IMG/VR virus record: IMGVR_UViG_3300048074_000026 | Span: 1 to 37,562 of that record | Length of the DNA: 37,562 nt | Strand: one strand, 5' to 3' | Source: a virus | Lineage: Duplodnaviria; Caudoviricetes | In this document: positions 16,702 through 24,501 of the stretch, in pieces | How the letters are laid out: every line of letters starts with the position of its first letter | Position numbering within the stretch: position 1 is the first letter of the stretch | Program-made: the position numbers and the translations under genes | The notes under the pieces: model-generated | Seen by the model: only the letters and a program-made list of their open reading frames with translations | What the model was told of the DNA's origin: nothing | Database searches by the model: none

Positions 16702-18599
16702 TGACAACTTTCCACCCTGCCACCCGCTATGCGTTGGATGCTGTGCTGCAAAAAATAACCGTTGGTCGGTTCGAGCGGCTGGCCTGTTTGCGGCATCTGT
16801 ATGACCTGGCGCGGGCGGGACAGCTCCCGCCGAAGGTTCGGCAGCGCGTCGAGGCGGCGACGGAGATGCCAGTGCCAGCGCATGACCCCAATTTTCCGTG
16901 GATGTACGACGGGGAGCAGGCGTCGTTTGTGGCCATCGAGTGGTTTGCGCACCTGGTCCACGTGGAGGGGGAGTTCGCAGGCAAGCCCATCGAGTTGATC
17001 CCTGCGCACGTGTTCGACCTGTCGATGATCTTCGGATGGGTATCCCGCGCGGAGCAGATCACGCGCACGAACGGACGCGCGGTGGGGGTGCGCAGGTTCA
17101 ACATGGCGTTCATCACCGAGGGCCGCAAGAATGCCAAGACGACGCGCGGCGCGGGCATCGGCCTGTACATGATGATCGGCGACATGGAGGTGGGTCCGTC
17201 GGTGTATTGCACGGCGTACGACAAAAAGCAGGCGGGCGTGCTCTATAACTACTCGCGGCGGATGGCTGAACTTAGCAGGGACATGCGCGCGCGGCTCAAG
17301 ATCGGCGAGTATCGGCTGGTACATCGCACGCGCGGCGGGGAGATGGTGGCGTTTTCGGGCGAGGTCAAGAACAAGGACTCGTTCAACCCGAGCTGTGCGT
17401 TCATCGACGAGTACCACGCGCACCCGACGTCGAAGCTGTTTGACCTGATGGTGACCGCGCAGGGACAGCGGCAGCAGCCGTTGATCCTGACCATCACCAC
17501 GGCGGGCGATGATACCGAAAGTCCCTGCTACAAGGAGTACGAATATTGCAGGATGATCGTGGAGGGTTCGGTTAGCCCGCAGCCAGGCGCGACGCACAAC
17601 GAGCATTATTTCGTGATGATCCGCCAGATGGACGAGAACGACGACGAGCACGATCCCTCGAACTGGGTCAAGAGCAACCCGCTGCGCTGTGCCAACGTCA
17701 AAGGCATCGCCAGGTTGAAACAACAGCACGACACGGCGTTCGACTCTGGTATCCAAAGCAAAATCAGGTCGTTTCGCGTCAAGAACCTAAACATCTGGGT
17801 GCATGGAGATGCGGATAACTCGTACCTGGGCGAGTGGATGGCTGGGGAGGGGGCGAAGCTGTCAAAATGGGATCAGATGGGGGTGGGGCGGGATGAGTTC
17901 CAACGTCTGACCGCGGACGGGCTGTGCCTGGTGGGCGTCGATATGTCCAAGCGCATCGACCTGACGGCACTGGCGTTCGTGTTCGCGCTGCCCGATGGAC
18001 GCGTCGCGGTTTCGGCGCATGGGTTTATTCCATCGCAGGCCGTAAATCAGCACGAGAAAACAGACAAAATCCCCTACCGCGTTTGGGCGGAGGCGGGCTG
18101 GCTGACGATCACGGATGGGGCGGTGACAGATTACGCCAGGCTGGAGGAGATGATCCTGCTGCGCGACGGACGCTGGGCGGACGCGGGACTGCTGGAGGCT
18201 GAGTACCTGGCGCGCATCGAGGCGGATTATCACGGCTGGCACGTGCATGAAATTTGTTATGACCCCTATGAGGCGACCAGCTTCAAGAACAACATGGACG
18301 CGCGCGGATATACGACGGTTGAGGTGCGGCAGATCATGGCCAACATGAACGAACCCACCAAAACATTCCAGGAGCTAGTCGCGGACGGCAAGATCGTGCA
18401 TGACGGTTCGCCGCTGCTGCGCTGGTGCGCGGGGAATGCGCGTTTCATGGTCAACAGCAAGGAAAACATGATGATCACCAAGAAAAACCAGAACGACACG
18501 CGCCGCATCGACCTGCTCGCAGCGACGCTCAACGCCATGAAACGGTACCAGGCGCTGCAGAGCCAGGCCGCCGTAGATCCAAACGACATCGGAGTTTGA
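16701..18599 (+). CDS. terL: Terminase large subunit
   Basis: GRKNAKTT Walker A, FIDEYH Walker B, ITTAG, GVDMSKRIDLTA nuclease motif, RIDLLAA. Confidence 0.96.
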   Translation: MTTFHPATRYALDAVLQKITVGRFERLACLRHLYDLARAGQLPPKVRQRVEAATEMPVPAHDPNFPWMYDGEQASFVAIEWFAHLVHVEGEFAGKPIELIPAHVFDLSMIFGWVSRAEQITRTNGRAVGVRRFNMAFITEGRKNAKTTRGAGIGLYMMIGDMEVGPSVYCTAYDKKQAGVLYNYSRRMAELSRDMRARLKIGEYRLVHRTRGGEMVAFSGEVKNKDSFNPSCAFIDEYHAHPTSKLFDLMVTAQGQRQQPLILTITTAGDDTESPCYKEYEYCRMIVEGSVSPQPGATHNEHYFVMIRQMDENDDEHDPSNWVKSNPLRCANVKGIARLKQQHDTAFDSGIQSKIRSFRVKNLNIWVHGDADNSYLGEWMAGEGAKLSKWDQMGVGRDEFQRLTADGLCLVGVDMSKRIDLTALAFVFALPDGRVAVSAHGFIPSQAVNQHEKTDKIPYRVWAEAGWLTITDGAVTDYARLEEMILLRDGRWADAGLLEAEYLARIEADYHGWHVHEICYDPYEATSFKNNMDARGYTTVEVRQIMANMNEPTKTFQELVADGKIVHDGSPLLRWCAGNARFMVNSKENMMITKKNQNDTRRIDLLAATLNAMKRYQALQSQAAVDPNDIGV

Positions 18600-18600
18600 C

Positions 18601-18933
18601 ATGAACCGAAGCAAATCACGTCTGAAATCAAACGAGCGGGCCGCCCTGCGCGAGATGGGCAGGGATGTGCTGGCTTTGCGCTACGACTGGCATAGGCGTC
18701 TGCGCAATGCGCTGCTGGCGCTGGCCATGATGGACCCGGGCTGGATGGCCTGGGCCGAGGCAGATATCGACGAGCAGCGTATGAGCGTGCAGGCCATTAC
18801 ACGTTTGGTGGAGGGACGCGCGGGAGCTTGCGTTTTGAAACATCACCAATGGCTCGGACGGGCGCGAGCTGGCGCTTTGCTATTCGACAACGGTTTTATG
18901 TTTAATGATCGCGGCGATATGATGCAGGTGTGA
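18601..18933 (+). CDS. Hypothetical protein
   Basis: 110-aa ORF directly after terL, GGAG RBS. Confidence 0.6.
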   Translation: MNRSKSRLKSNERAALREMGRDVLALRYDWHRRLRNALLALAMMDPGWMAWAEADIDEQRMSVQAITRLVEGRAGACVLKHHQWLGRARAGALLFDNGFMFNDRGDMMQV

Positions 18934-18940
18934 GAGGCAA

Positions 18941-18968
18941 TTGACATCATGCGGAAAATGAATATAAT
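18941..18968 (+). promoter_or_regulatory. Consensus sigma70-type promoter for intI
   Basis: TTGACA (18941-18946), 16 nt, TATAAT (18963-18968). Confidence 0.8.
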
Positions 18969-18975
18969 CAATGTA

Positions 18976-19110
18976 TCTCACAGAAACAAAGCGGTTATGT
19001 TTTTTAATCGAATATCTTCGATGGTAAACCACCGTCAATCAGCACCGCTTGTTTCTGTGAGAAGTTTCAAGTCGCTGGTTGGCGGTGTTTTGCGTCGAAA
19101 GGTGTTGACG
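18976..19110 (+). promoter_or_regulatory. Structured 5' leader of intI (two interleaved stems)
   Basis: Stem 18976-18995/19044-19062 and stem 19031-19043/19074-19086. A small hairpin surrounds the RBS. Confidence 0.6.
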
Positions 19111-20100
19111 ATGGCAGATAAAAAGTTACTTGAACAACTGGCTGATGTGATACGGATGAAGCATTACAGCCTCAAGACGGTCGAAGCTTACGTGAATTGG
19201 AATAAGCAATTCATCCTTTTTCATGGCAAGCGGCATCCGCGTGAGATGGGGCTGGAGGAGATTAAGGCTTTTTTGTCTCACCTGGCGAACGTTCGGCGAG
19301 TGTCTGGATCGACGCAGAACCAGGCTTATTACTCAATCCGTTTTATGTATTTGCATGTCCTCAACATGCAGATCGCTGGGATCGATGAGCTGGCGGCAAA
19401 AGCGGCGAAGCATCTCCCGATTGTTTTGACGCTGGAGGAAACCGCCAAGGTGTTGGAGAACATCGAAGGCGAACCGTTCAGCTTGATGGCGCATCTGTTG
19501 TATGGCGCTGGGCTGAGGCTGAAAGAGTGCCAGCAGTTGCGCTTTAAAGACATAGAATTTTCCAGCGGGATTATTGTGGTCAGGGGCGGGAAGGGGGACA
19601 AGGATCGGACTGTGCCGCTGCCCAGAAAGCTGGTCAAGCCGCTGATGGATCAGATGGCAATAGCGCGCCGATTGCATGAGATCGATGTGCAGCGTGGAAT
19701 GCCTGGCGTGCAGGTGCCTGGGGCGCTGGATGTCAAATATAAAAACATTGGGTGTGAGCTTGGTTGGTTCTGGGTTTTCCCTGCGCAGGGGTACAGTGTA
19801 GACCCTGAAAGCGGGATTAGACGACGGCATCACCAACACGAGAGTGAGCTGCAGAGGGCTATTCGCGCGGGTGCGAAACGGGCGGGTGTGCTGAAGCACG
19901 TCACGCCGCACACGTTTCGGCATTGTTTTGCGACGCATCTTCTGTGGGGTGGGTATGATGTGCGCACTGTTCAGGATTTGATGGGGCATCAAAGCATAAA
20001 GACAACGATGATATATCTGCACATTTTGCAGCCTGCTGGCTGGAAAGGCGTGCAAAGTCCGCTGGATAATAATCCTGTGGAGAGTCTTATCTGTCGGTAG
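19111..20100 (+). CDS. intI: Integron integrase (IntI family), about 329 aa
   Basis: IRMKHYSLKTVEAY, FHGKRHP, VSGSTQNQA, LLYGAGLR, GGKGDKDR. Integron-specific insertion LDVKY...WFWVFP...DPESGIRRRHH. HTFRHCFATHLL, LMGH, TTMIY. Confidence 0.95.
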   Translation: MADKKLLEQLADVIRMKHYSLKTVEAYVNWNKQFILFHGKRHPREMGLEEIKAFLSHLANVRRVSGSTQNQAYYSIRFMYLHVLNMQIAGIDELAAKAAKHLPIVLTLEETAKVLENIEGEPFSLMAHLLYGAGLRLKECQQLRFKDIEFSSGIIVVRGGKGDKDRTVPLPRKLVKPLMDQMAIARRLHEIDVQRGMPGVQVPGALDVKYKNIGCELGWFWVFPAQGYSVDPESGIRRRHHQHESELQRAIRAGAKRAGVLKHVTPHTFRHCFATHLLWGGYDVRTVQDLMGHQSIKTTMIYLHILQPAGWKGVQSPLDNNPVESLICR

Positions 20101-20120
20101 ATGGATAAGGATAGTTGGCA
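20101..20120 (+). other. attI: attI-like primary recombination site (left cassette junction, G|TT at 20114/20115)
   Basis: GGATAAGGATAG|TTGGCA immediately after the intI stop. GTTGGCACGCT is the exact reverse complement of the attC inverse core region at 20768-20778. Confidence 0.75.
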
Positions 20121-20152
20121 CGCTCCCTTGCAAACGAGTTTCCTTCCAACCC

Positions 20153-20181
20153 TTGACAGCGTTACAGTAACGCGGTAAGAT
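20153..20181 (+). promoter_or_regulatory. Cassette-internal promoter with operator palindrome
   Basis: TTGACA (20153-20158), 17 nt, TAAGAT (20176-20181). The spacer holds GCGTTAC-A-GTAACGC (20159-20173). Confidence 0.8.
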
Positions 20182-20207
20182 TAGGTCAATCAAACAAGGA
20201 GATTGAC

Positions 20208-20432
20208 ATGAACAAAATCGAACTCGAAACTGGTTTCTCTGAATTTCACGGCAAAGGCATCATCTGGTGCGGCAAGGATACCAAGAAGGTTTCTCTTGAA
20301 AACCTGCTTCATCACATTGACCTGTTCCGCATTGAGTTCACCGACTCAATCCCAGCGGTTGAAGATGGCAAGGTTATCGGTCACGCTCGCAAGGTGATCG
20401 GCGGCAAGGCTTGGGTTATTTATGTCCAGTAA
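20208..20432 (+). CDS. Cassette ORF1, hypothetical (74 aa)
   Basis: RBS AAGGAG. No recognised family. Confidence 0.75.
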   Translation: MNKIELETGFSEFHGKGIIWCGKDTKKVSLENLLHHIDLFRIEFTDSIPAVEDGKVIGHARKVIGGKAWVIYVQ

Positions 20433-20631
20433 ATCAGTGCGAGTTTTCAATCTAGCAACAGGTGAGGAGCGCATGTACTGGTGCGCTCCATTCACCGCTG
20501 TTGTTTGTGCGTATGCTCAGTCTATGCACAAAGATTTCAACACGTGGATGTATGCAAAGTATTTTCCTCTCGTAGATTACACCCGTCACACATATCTGCT
20601 TGGTGATTGGAGCGTGCTACATGGTCAATAA
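20422..20631 (+). CDS. Cassette ORF2, hypothetical (69 aa)
   Basis: Overlaps the ORF1 end. Aromatic-rich. No recognised family. Confidence 0.7.
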   Translation: MSSKSVRVFNLATGEERMYWCAPFTAVVCAYAQSMHKDFNTWMYAKYFPLVDYTRHTYLLGDWSVLHGQ

Positions 20632-20863
20632 AGATAAAACTGGTAGTGATCGTCAATCCCGCTTGCGTGCGTCTCGCGTGAAGTGGCTTGCTGAAAATGC
20701 TTATGGCTTATCGGCAGAAGGTCTAATTGGTGCGCTCATGCGTGGCGAGTGTTCTCTGTCATGGTCAAGCGTGCCAACATCGCGTGCACTGGACGGGGCG
20801 AAGCGCACGGCTCAAAAAGGTTCTATTAGTGGCAAGCGTTCTGGTAGGTCGCCCCGCCAGTAA
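20621..20863 (+). CDS. Cassette ORF3, small basic protein, possible autorepressor (80 aa)
   Basis: GGAG RBS. TGSDRQSRLRASR basic helix. Reads through most of attC and stops in the L' box. Confidence 0.6.
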   Translation: MVNKDKTGSDRQSRLRASRVKWLAENAYGLSAEGLIGALMRGECSLSWSSVPTSRALDGAKRTAQKGSISGKRSGRSPRQ

Positions 20864-20878
20864 CGCAAACCGTTATAG
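20772..20878 (+). other. attC: attC site (107 bp)
   Basis: R'' TGCCAAC and R' GTTATAG. Arms GCGTGCACTGGACGGGGCGA (20782-20801) and TCGCCCCGCCAGTAACGC (20849-20866) pair with two extra bases, C and A (G and T extrahelical on the bottom strand). Confidence 0.9.
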
Positions 20879-20888
20879 AAATTGCCCC

Positions 20889-21053
20889 TTGCAAAAAATA
20901 GAAAATATATGCTACACTAACGACGTGGTTGGGCGACGTGCCCCCCTCACGCCGCCCGCCACAGCCTTATAATCTGAGTCGCCCGCTCTCGTGCGGACAA
21001 AGTTGGAGATGAACGCCCAACAGTCAATTTTGACTGTTGGGCGGTTTTTGTTT
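20889..21053 (+). promoter_or_regulatory. Late leader 2: promoter, CCGCTCTCGTGCGG hairpin, intrinsic terminator
   Basis: TTGCAA (20889), 18 nt, TACACT (20913) with a TGn extension. TTATAA at 20967, hairpin 20983-20996, stem 21014-21043 followed by GTTTTTGTTT. Confidence 0.7.
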
Positions 21054-21060
21054 AACTATC

Positions 21061-21219
21061 ATGCTAAAAACCTTTGCGAAGTACCTCGACGATGTTGCAA
21101 TGATCCTGGGCTGTGTCTGCCTCGTGTATGGCGTCAGCCTGGTCTATGTGCCCGCCGCCTGGATAACTATGGGAATCCTGCTGGTGACTGGCGCCTTTAT
21201 GTACGGGAGGTCCGCGTGA
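21061..21219 (+). CDS. Small membrane protein preceding the portal
   Basis: 52 aa with two hydrophobic helices. Such genes are common before HK97-family portals. Confidence 0.7.
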   Translation: MLKTFAKYLDDVAMILGCVCLVYGVSLVYVPAAWITMGILLVTGAFMYGRSA

Positions 21220-22418
21220 TCGTCGGGAAAATCGCCAAGTCGTTTCGCAACACGGCCACCAGCATGACGCTGTCGCAGTTGGTCGACGGGCTGGGCGCTA
21301 CCAGCTCGGGAGAGGTCGTCACGCCCGACAGCGCCAAAAGCATCGACATTGTTTATCGCGCGGGCAACATCCTGAGCGATGACGTAGCCAAGCTGCCGTT
21401 CCAGCAGATCCAGCGCGTGGGGCGCAGCATCGAGCAGGTCAAGCCTGACGCGTTCCTGCGCAATAACGCCTACCTGCTGGAAGTCACTCCCAACGAGTGG
21501 GGCTGGACGCCGTTCCTGTTCAAAAAGCAGATCATCCTCTGGCAGTTCCACCACGGAAACGCTTATATCTGGTCGCCACCCGTCTGGCCGCCTCAAAAAC
21601 TGATCCTGCCCGCGGACCGTACCAAACCCGTGTTTGATACGGCGGGCAATCTGTGGTATCGGCATACGTTCACCAACGGTCAGACCGAGTACATCCCAGG
21701 CGTGGAGATCCTGCAACTGCTGATCAACCCTGACGAGACAGGCATGGAGGGGCGCGGAGTGATCCAGTACGCGCGCGAGACCATCGGCCGCCAGCTGGCC
21801 GCGTTCAAGACGCAGGGCAAATTTTACGCGCAGGGCCTCAACCCGTCCGCGTACATCACCGTCAACTCTCCGCTGGATGCGACAGGCCGCGCGAAATATC
21901 GGGACTCGTACGGCGAGGCCATGAGCGGCACAAATAACGCCTATCGGCTGGCCGTGTTCGACAGCAAGATCACCAGCTTTCAACCCATCACCATGAAACC
22001 CGCCGATGCCGAGTTCCTGGAAAGCATCGACGCGAACGATGTGCGCCTGGCCACCTTCTGCGGCATCCCGCTGCACATGCTCAACCGCGGCAAGGAAGCC
22101 TACAACTCGAACGAGCAAAAATACATCGAGTATTTGCAGGGCTCGCTGGACGCGTACCTGGTGCCGTTTGAGCAGGGCGCGCGCATCCGCTGGCTGCGGC
22201 AGGACGAGCAGGCCACAAACTATTTCAGGTTCGTGCGCGAGGCTTTGCTCCGCATGGACGCAAAGGGGCGCGCCGAAACCAACGAGATCCGCATCCGCAG
22301 CGGGCAGATGACGCCCAACGAAGCCCGCGAAAAGGACGACGTCAGCGCCTATCCTGGCGGGGATAAATTTTACATGACCAGCAACTACACACCGATCAAC
22401 GGAGATCAAAATGCCTAA
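21216..22418 (+). CDS. Portal protein, HK97 family
   Basis: GGGAGG RBS with GTG at 21216. ILSDDVAKLP, HGNAY, GIPLHML, GQMTPNEAR motifs. Confidence 0.95.
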   Translation: MIVGKIAKSFRNTATSMTLSQLVDGLGATSSGEVVTPDSAKSIDIVYRAGNILSDDVAKLPFQQIQRVGRSIEQVKPDAFLRNNAYLLEVTPNEWGWTPFLFKKQIILWQFHHGNAYIWSPPVWPPQKLILPADRTKPVFDTAGNLWYRHTFTNGQTEYIPGVEILQLLINPDETGMEGRGVIQYARETIGRQLAAFKTQGKFYAQGLNPSAYITVNSPLDATGRAKYRDSYGEAMSGTNNAYRLAVFDSKITSFQPITMKPADAEFLESIDANDVRLATFCGIPLHMLNRGKEAYNSNEQKYIEYLQGSLDAYLVPFEQGARIRWLRQDEQATNYFRFVREALLRMDAKGRAETNEIRIRSGQMTPNEAREKDDVSAYPGGDKFYMTSNYTPINGDQNA

Positions 22419-23172
22419 TCAGCCCATCCGCGTGTTCGAGGGCAATGCCCAACCGTTCGAGCCGTTTTGGACGTTCCGCAACGCGGCCCAGTCTGAAAGC
22501 GGCGAGACCGAGGTCGAGCTGTACGGCCCGATCTCCGAGTTTTCCTGGTTTGATGACGAGGTCACACCGAAAAAGTTCAAAGACCAGTTGTATGCCAACG
22601 GCCATGCGCCTGTGACGGTGCGTCTGAACAGCTACGGCGGCGACCTGATCGCGGCCTCGGTTATCGCGGCCATGCTGCGCGACTATCCAGGCAAAACCAC
22701 GGTCAAGATCGACGGCGTGGCGGCCTCGGCGGCCGTGATGGTGGCCCTGGCGGGTGACAGGATCAAAATCCAGGCCAGCGCCTACATGATGATCCATAAC
22801 CCGATGGTGGGCATCCTCGGGTATTTCGGCGTGGATGAACTCAAGGGGCTGGTCGACGAGCTGAAATCGATCAAGAGCGGCATCGTCGAGGGCTACACCG
22901 CCCGCACGAAACTCGACTCGCTCAAGCTCTCGAAGATGATGGACGACGAAACCTGGATGACCGCCAGCGAGGCCATTGCCAACGGGTTCGCCGACGAGAT
23001 CGTCAGCGGATCGTCCAAGGCCAGTTACGTCAACCTGGCCAGCATGCAAGCCAAATTTGTGAATATCCCGCGCGCGCTGTTGGAACCCCAGCAACCCGCG
23101 GGTAACGAAACCGAGCGCCGCGCGCAGCGTCTGGCCGCTCAAGCCCGATCATACCTAATCAAGGAGAAATAG
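22411..23172 (+). CDS. Prohead protease, ClpP-like
   Basis: LNSYGGD, IDGVAASAA, MMIHNP, ETWMTASEA...GFAD. Confidence 0.95.
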   Translation: MPNQPIRVFEGNAQPFEPFWTFRNAAQSESGETEVELYGPISEFSWFDDEVTPKKFKDQLYANGHAPVTVRLNSYGGDLIAASVIAAMLRDYPGKTTVKIDGVAASAAVMVALAGDRIKIQASAYMMIHNPMVGILGYFGVDELKGLVDELKSIKSGIVEGYTARTKLDSLKLSKMMDDETWMTASEAIANGFADEIVSGSSKASYVNLASMQAKFVNIPRALLEPQQPAGNETERRAQRLAAQARSYLIKEK

Positions 23173-23173
23173 C

Positions 23174-24424
23174 ATGACCATCAAAAATCTGTACGACCGT
23201 GTCATGAAGGCGAACGCTGAGCGCAACCGCATCGCGTCGGATGTCGTCCGCCTGAACGACGAAGGCAAGTACGACGAGGCGCTCGCTCTTCAGGGGAGCC
23301 TCGACGCCGCCAACAGCGAGTACGACCAGTCCAACAAGTTGTACTTGTCCACCCTGGCCGCCACCAGCGACACCCCCAGCCCCCAGCAGCGCTTCGCGCC
23401 GATGGGCAACCAGGAACCGCGCGAGGTCAAGGCCCTGCGCGAGACCAGGGAATACGCCGATCAGTGGTTCGAGGCCTTCCGCGCTGGCGTGAGCCCGAAG
23501 AACCTGCACGCCAACGGCGGCGCACAGCGTTTCCCGCTGTTGATCAATGCCCTCACCGAAACGGGCGGCTCGCCCGCGGGTGAGGATGGCGGTTTCCTGA
23601 ACCCTGTCGAGTTCGACAACAAAATCCGCGAGCTGATGCGCGCGTATGTCGACCTGGGCAACTATGTCAGCATCGAGGACGTCAACACCTACTCGGGCTG
23701 GCGCGTGATCGAACAGTTCGCGGCTTCGAGCGGGCTGACCGAGACCACCACCGAGTTGACCGTCAAGGCCGATGGCGACGAGGGCGAATCGCCCAAGTTC
23801 AACAAGATCGAGTACGCCCTGCGCGAGTTCTCGGACTTCCTGCGCGTGGGTAACTCCCTGATGCAGGACACGCCCGTCAACATCATGGCCTACCTGAGCC
23901 GCTGGTTCGCCAAAAAGCTTGTGCTCACGCACAACAGCCTGGTGCTGACCAAGTTCAACGCCATCACGGGCACCGCCGTCAGCGACTACAAGACCACATT
24001 GAGCGCGATCAAGACCGTGCTCAACAAGACCCTCGATCCCGCGTTCTCCGCCTCGGCCATCATCGCCACCAACCAGAGCGGACTGGATGTGCTCGACCAG
24101 CTTGAGGACGGCACGGGCCGCCCGCTGCTCCAGCCCGATCCCAGCAGCCCGACCGCGTTCCGCGTGAAGGGCCGTCCCGTGGTCTACCTCTCGGATGCCC
24201 ACTGGGCCAACATGACAGGCCCCGCCCGCGCCCGCATCGCCATCGGCGACGCCCGCGAGTTCGTGGCCCTGTTCCGCCGCTCGGGCCTGGAGTTTGCCTC
24301 GACCAACATCGGCGGCAGCGCCTGGCGCTCGAACAGCACCGAGGTGCGCGGCATTGCCCGCCTCGACTGCGAAACCCTCGACAGCGACGCGCTGACCGTT
24401 CTCAAGGTCACCCTGCCGTCGTAA
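23174..24424 (+). CDS. Major capsid protein, HK97 fold
   Basis: N-terminal coiled-coil delta domain, DGGFLNP, LDQLEDGTGRPL, IAIGD. Position after the protease. Confidence 0.95.
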   Translation: MTIKNLYDRVMKANAERNRIASDVVRLNDEGKYDEALALQGSLDAANSEYDQSNKLYLSTLAATSDTPSPQQRFAPMGNQEPREVKALRETREYADQWFEAFRAGVSPKNLHANGGAQRFPLLINALTETGGSPAGEDGGFLNPVEFDNKIRELMRAYVDLGNYVSIEDVNTYSGWRVIEQFAASSGLTETTTELTVKADGDEGESPKFNKIEYALREFSDFLRVGNSLMQDTPVNIMAYLSRWFAKKLVLTHNSLVLTKFNAITGTAVSDYKTTLSAIKTVLNKTLDPAFSASAIIATNQSGLDVLDQLEDGTGRPLLQPDPSSPTAFRVKGRPVVYLSDAHWANMTGPARARIAIGDAREFVALFRRSGLEFASTNIGGSAWRSNSTEVRGIARLDCETLDSDALTVLKVTLPS

Positions 24425-24441
24425 GTTTGCACCGTCCTCTC

Positions 24442-24473
24442 CCTGCTCCAGGTTCGCAAGCGCCTGGAGCAGG
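24442..24473 (+). other. Hairpin after the capsid gene (mRNA stabiliser or partial terminator)
   Basis: CCTGCTCCAGG...CCTGGAGCAGG. Confidence 0.6.
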
Positions 24474-24501
24474 ACGAAAATAATCTCCAAAGGAGAATCC
24501 T

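Larger units (their letters stand above)
20115..20872 (+). mobile_element. Integron gene cassette, 758 bp, three ORFs
   Basis: Bounded by GTT core sites with matching core and inverse core. Ends in attC. More AT-rich than the flanking structural genes. Confidence 0.88.

Noticed and set aside
19007-19022. LexA box upstream of intI
   Set aside because: CGAA-N4-TTCG has the wrong spacing for GAAC-N4-GTTC and does not match CTGT-N8-ACAG.
18949-19110. N-terminal extension of IntI shown in the ORF track
   Set aside because: ATG 18949 lies inside the promoter. IntI similarity and an RBS begin at 19111.
21014-21043. GCCCAAC...GTTGGGC inverted repeat as a second attC
   Set aside because: Only about 30 bp, a perfect stem with no L boxes or extrahelical bases, and followed by a T tract. 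It fits an intrinsic terminator and parallels the 15156-15195 hairpin.
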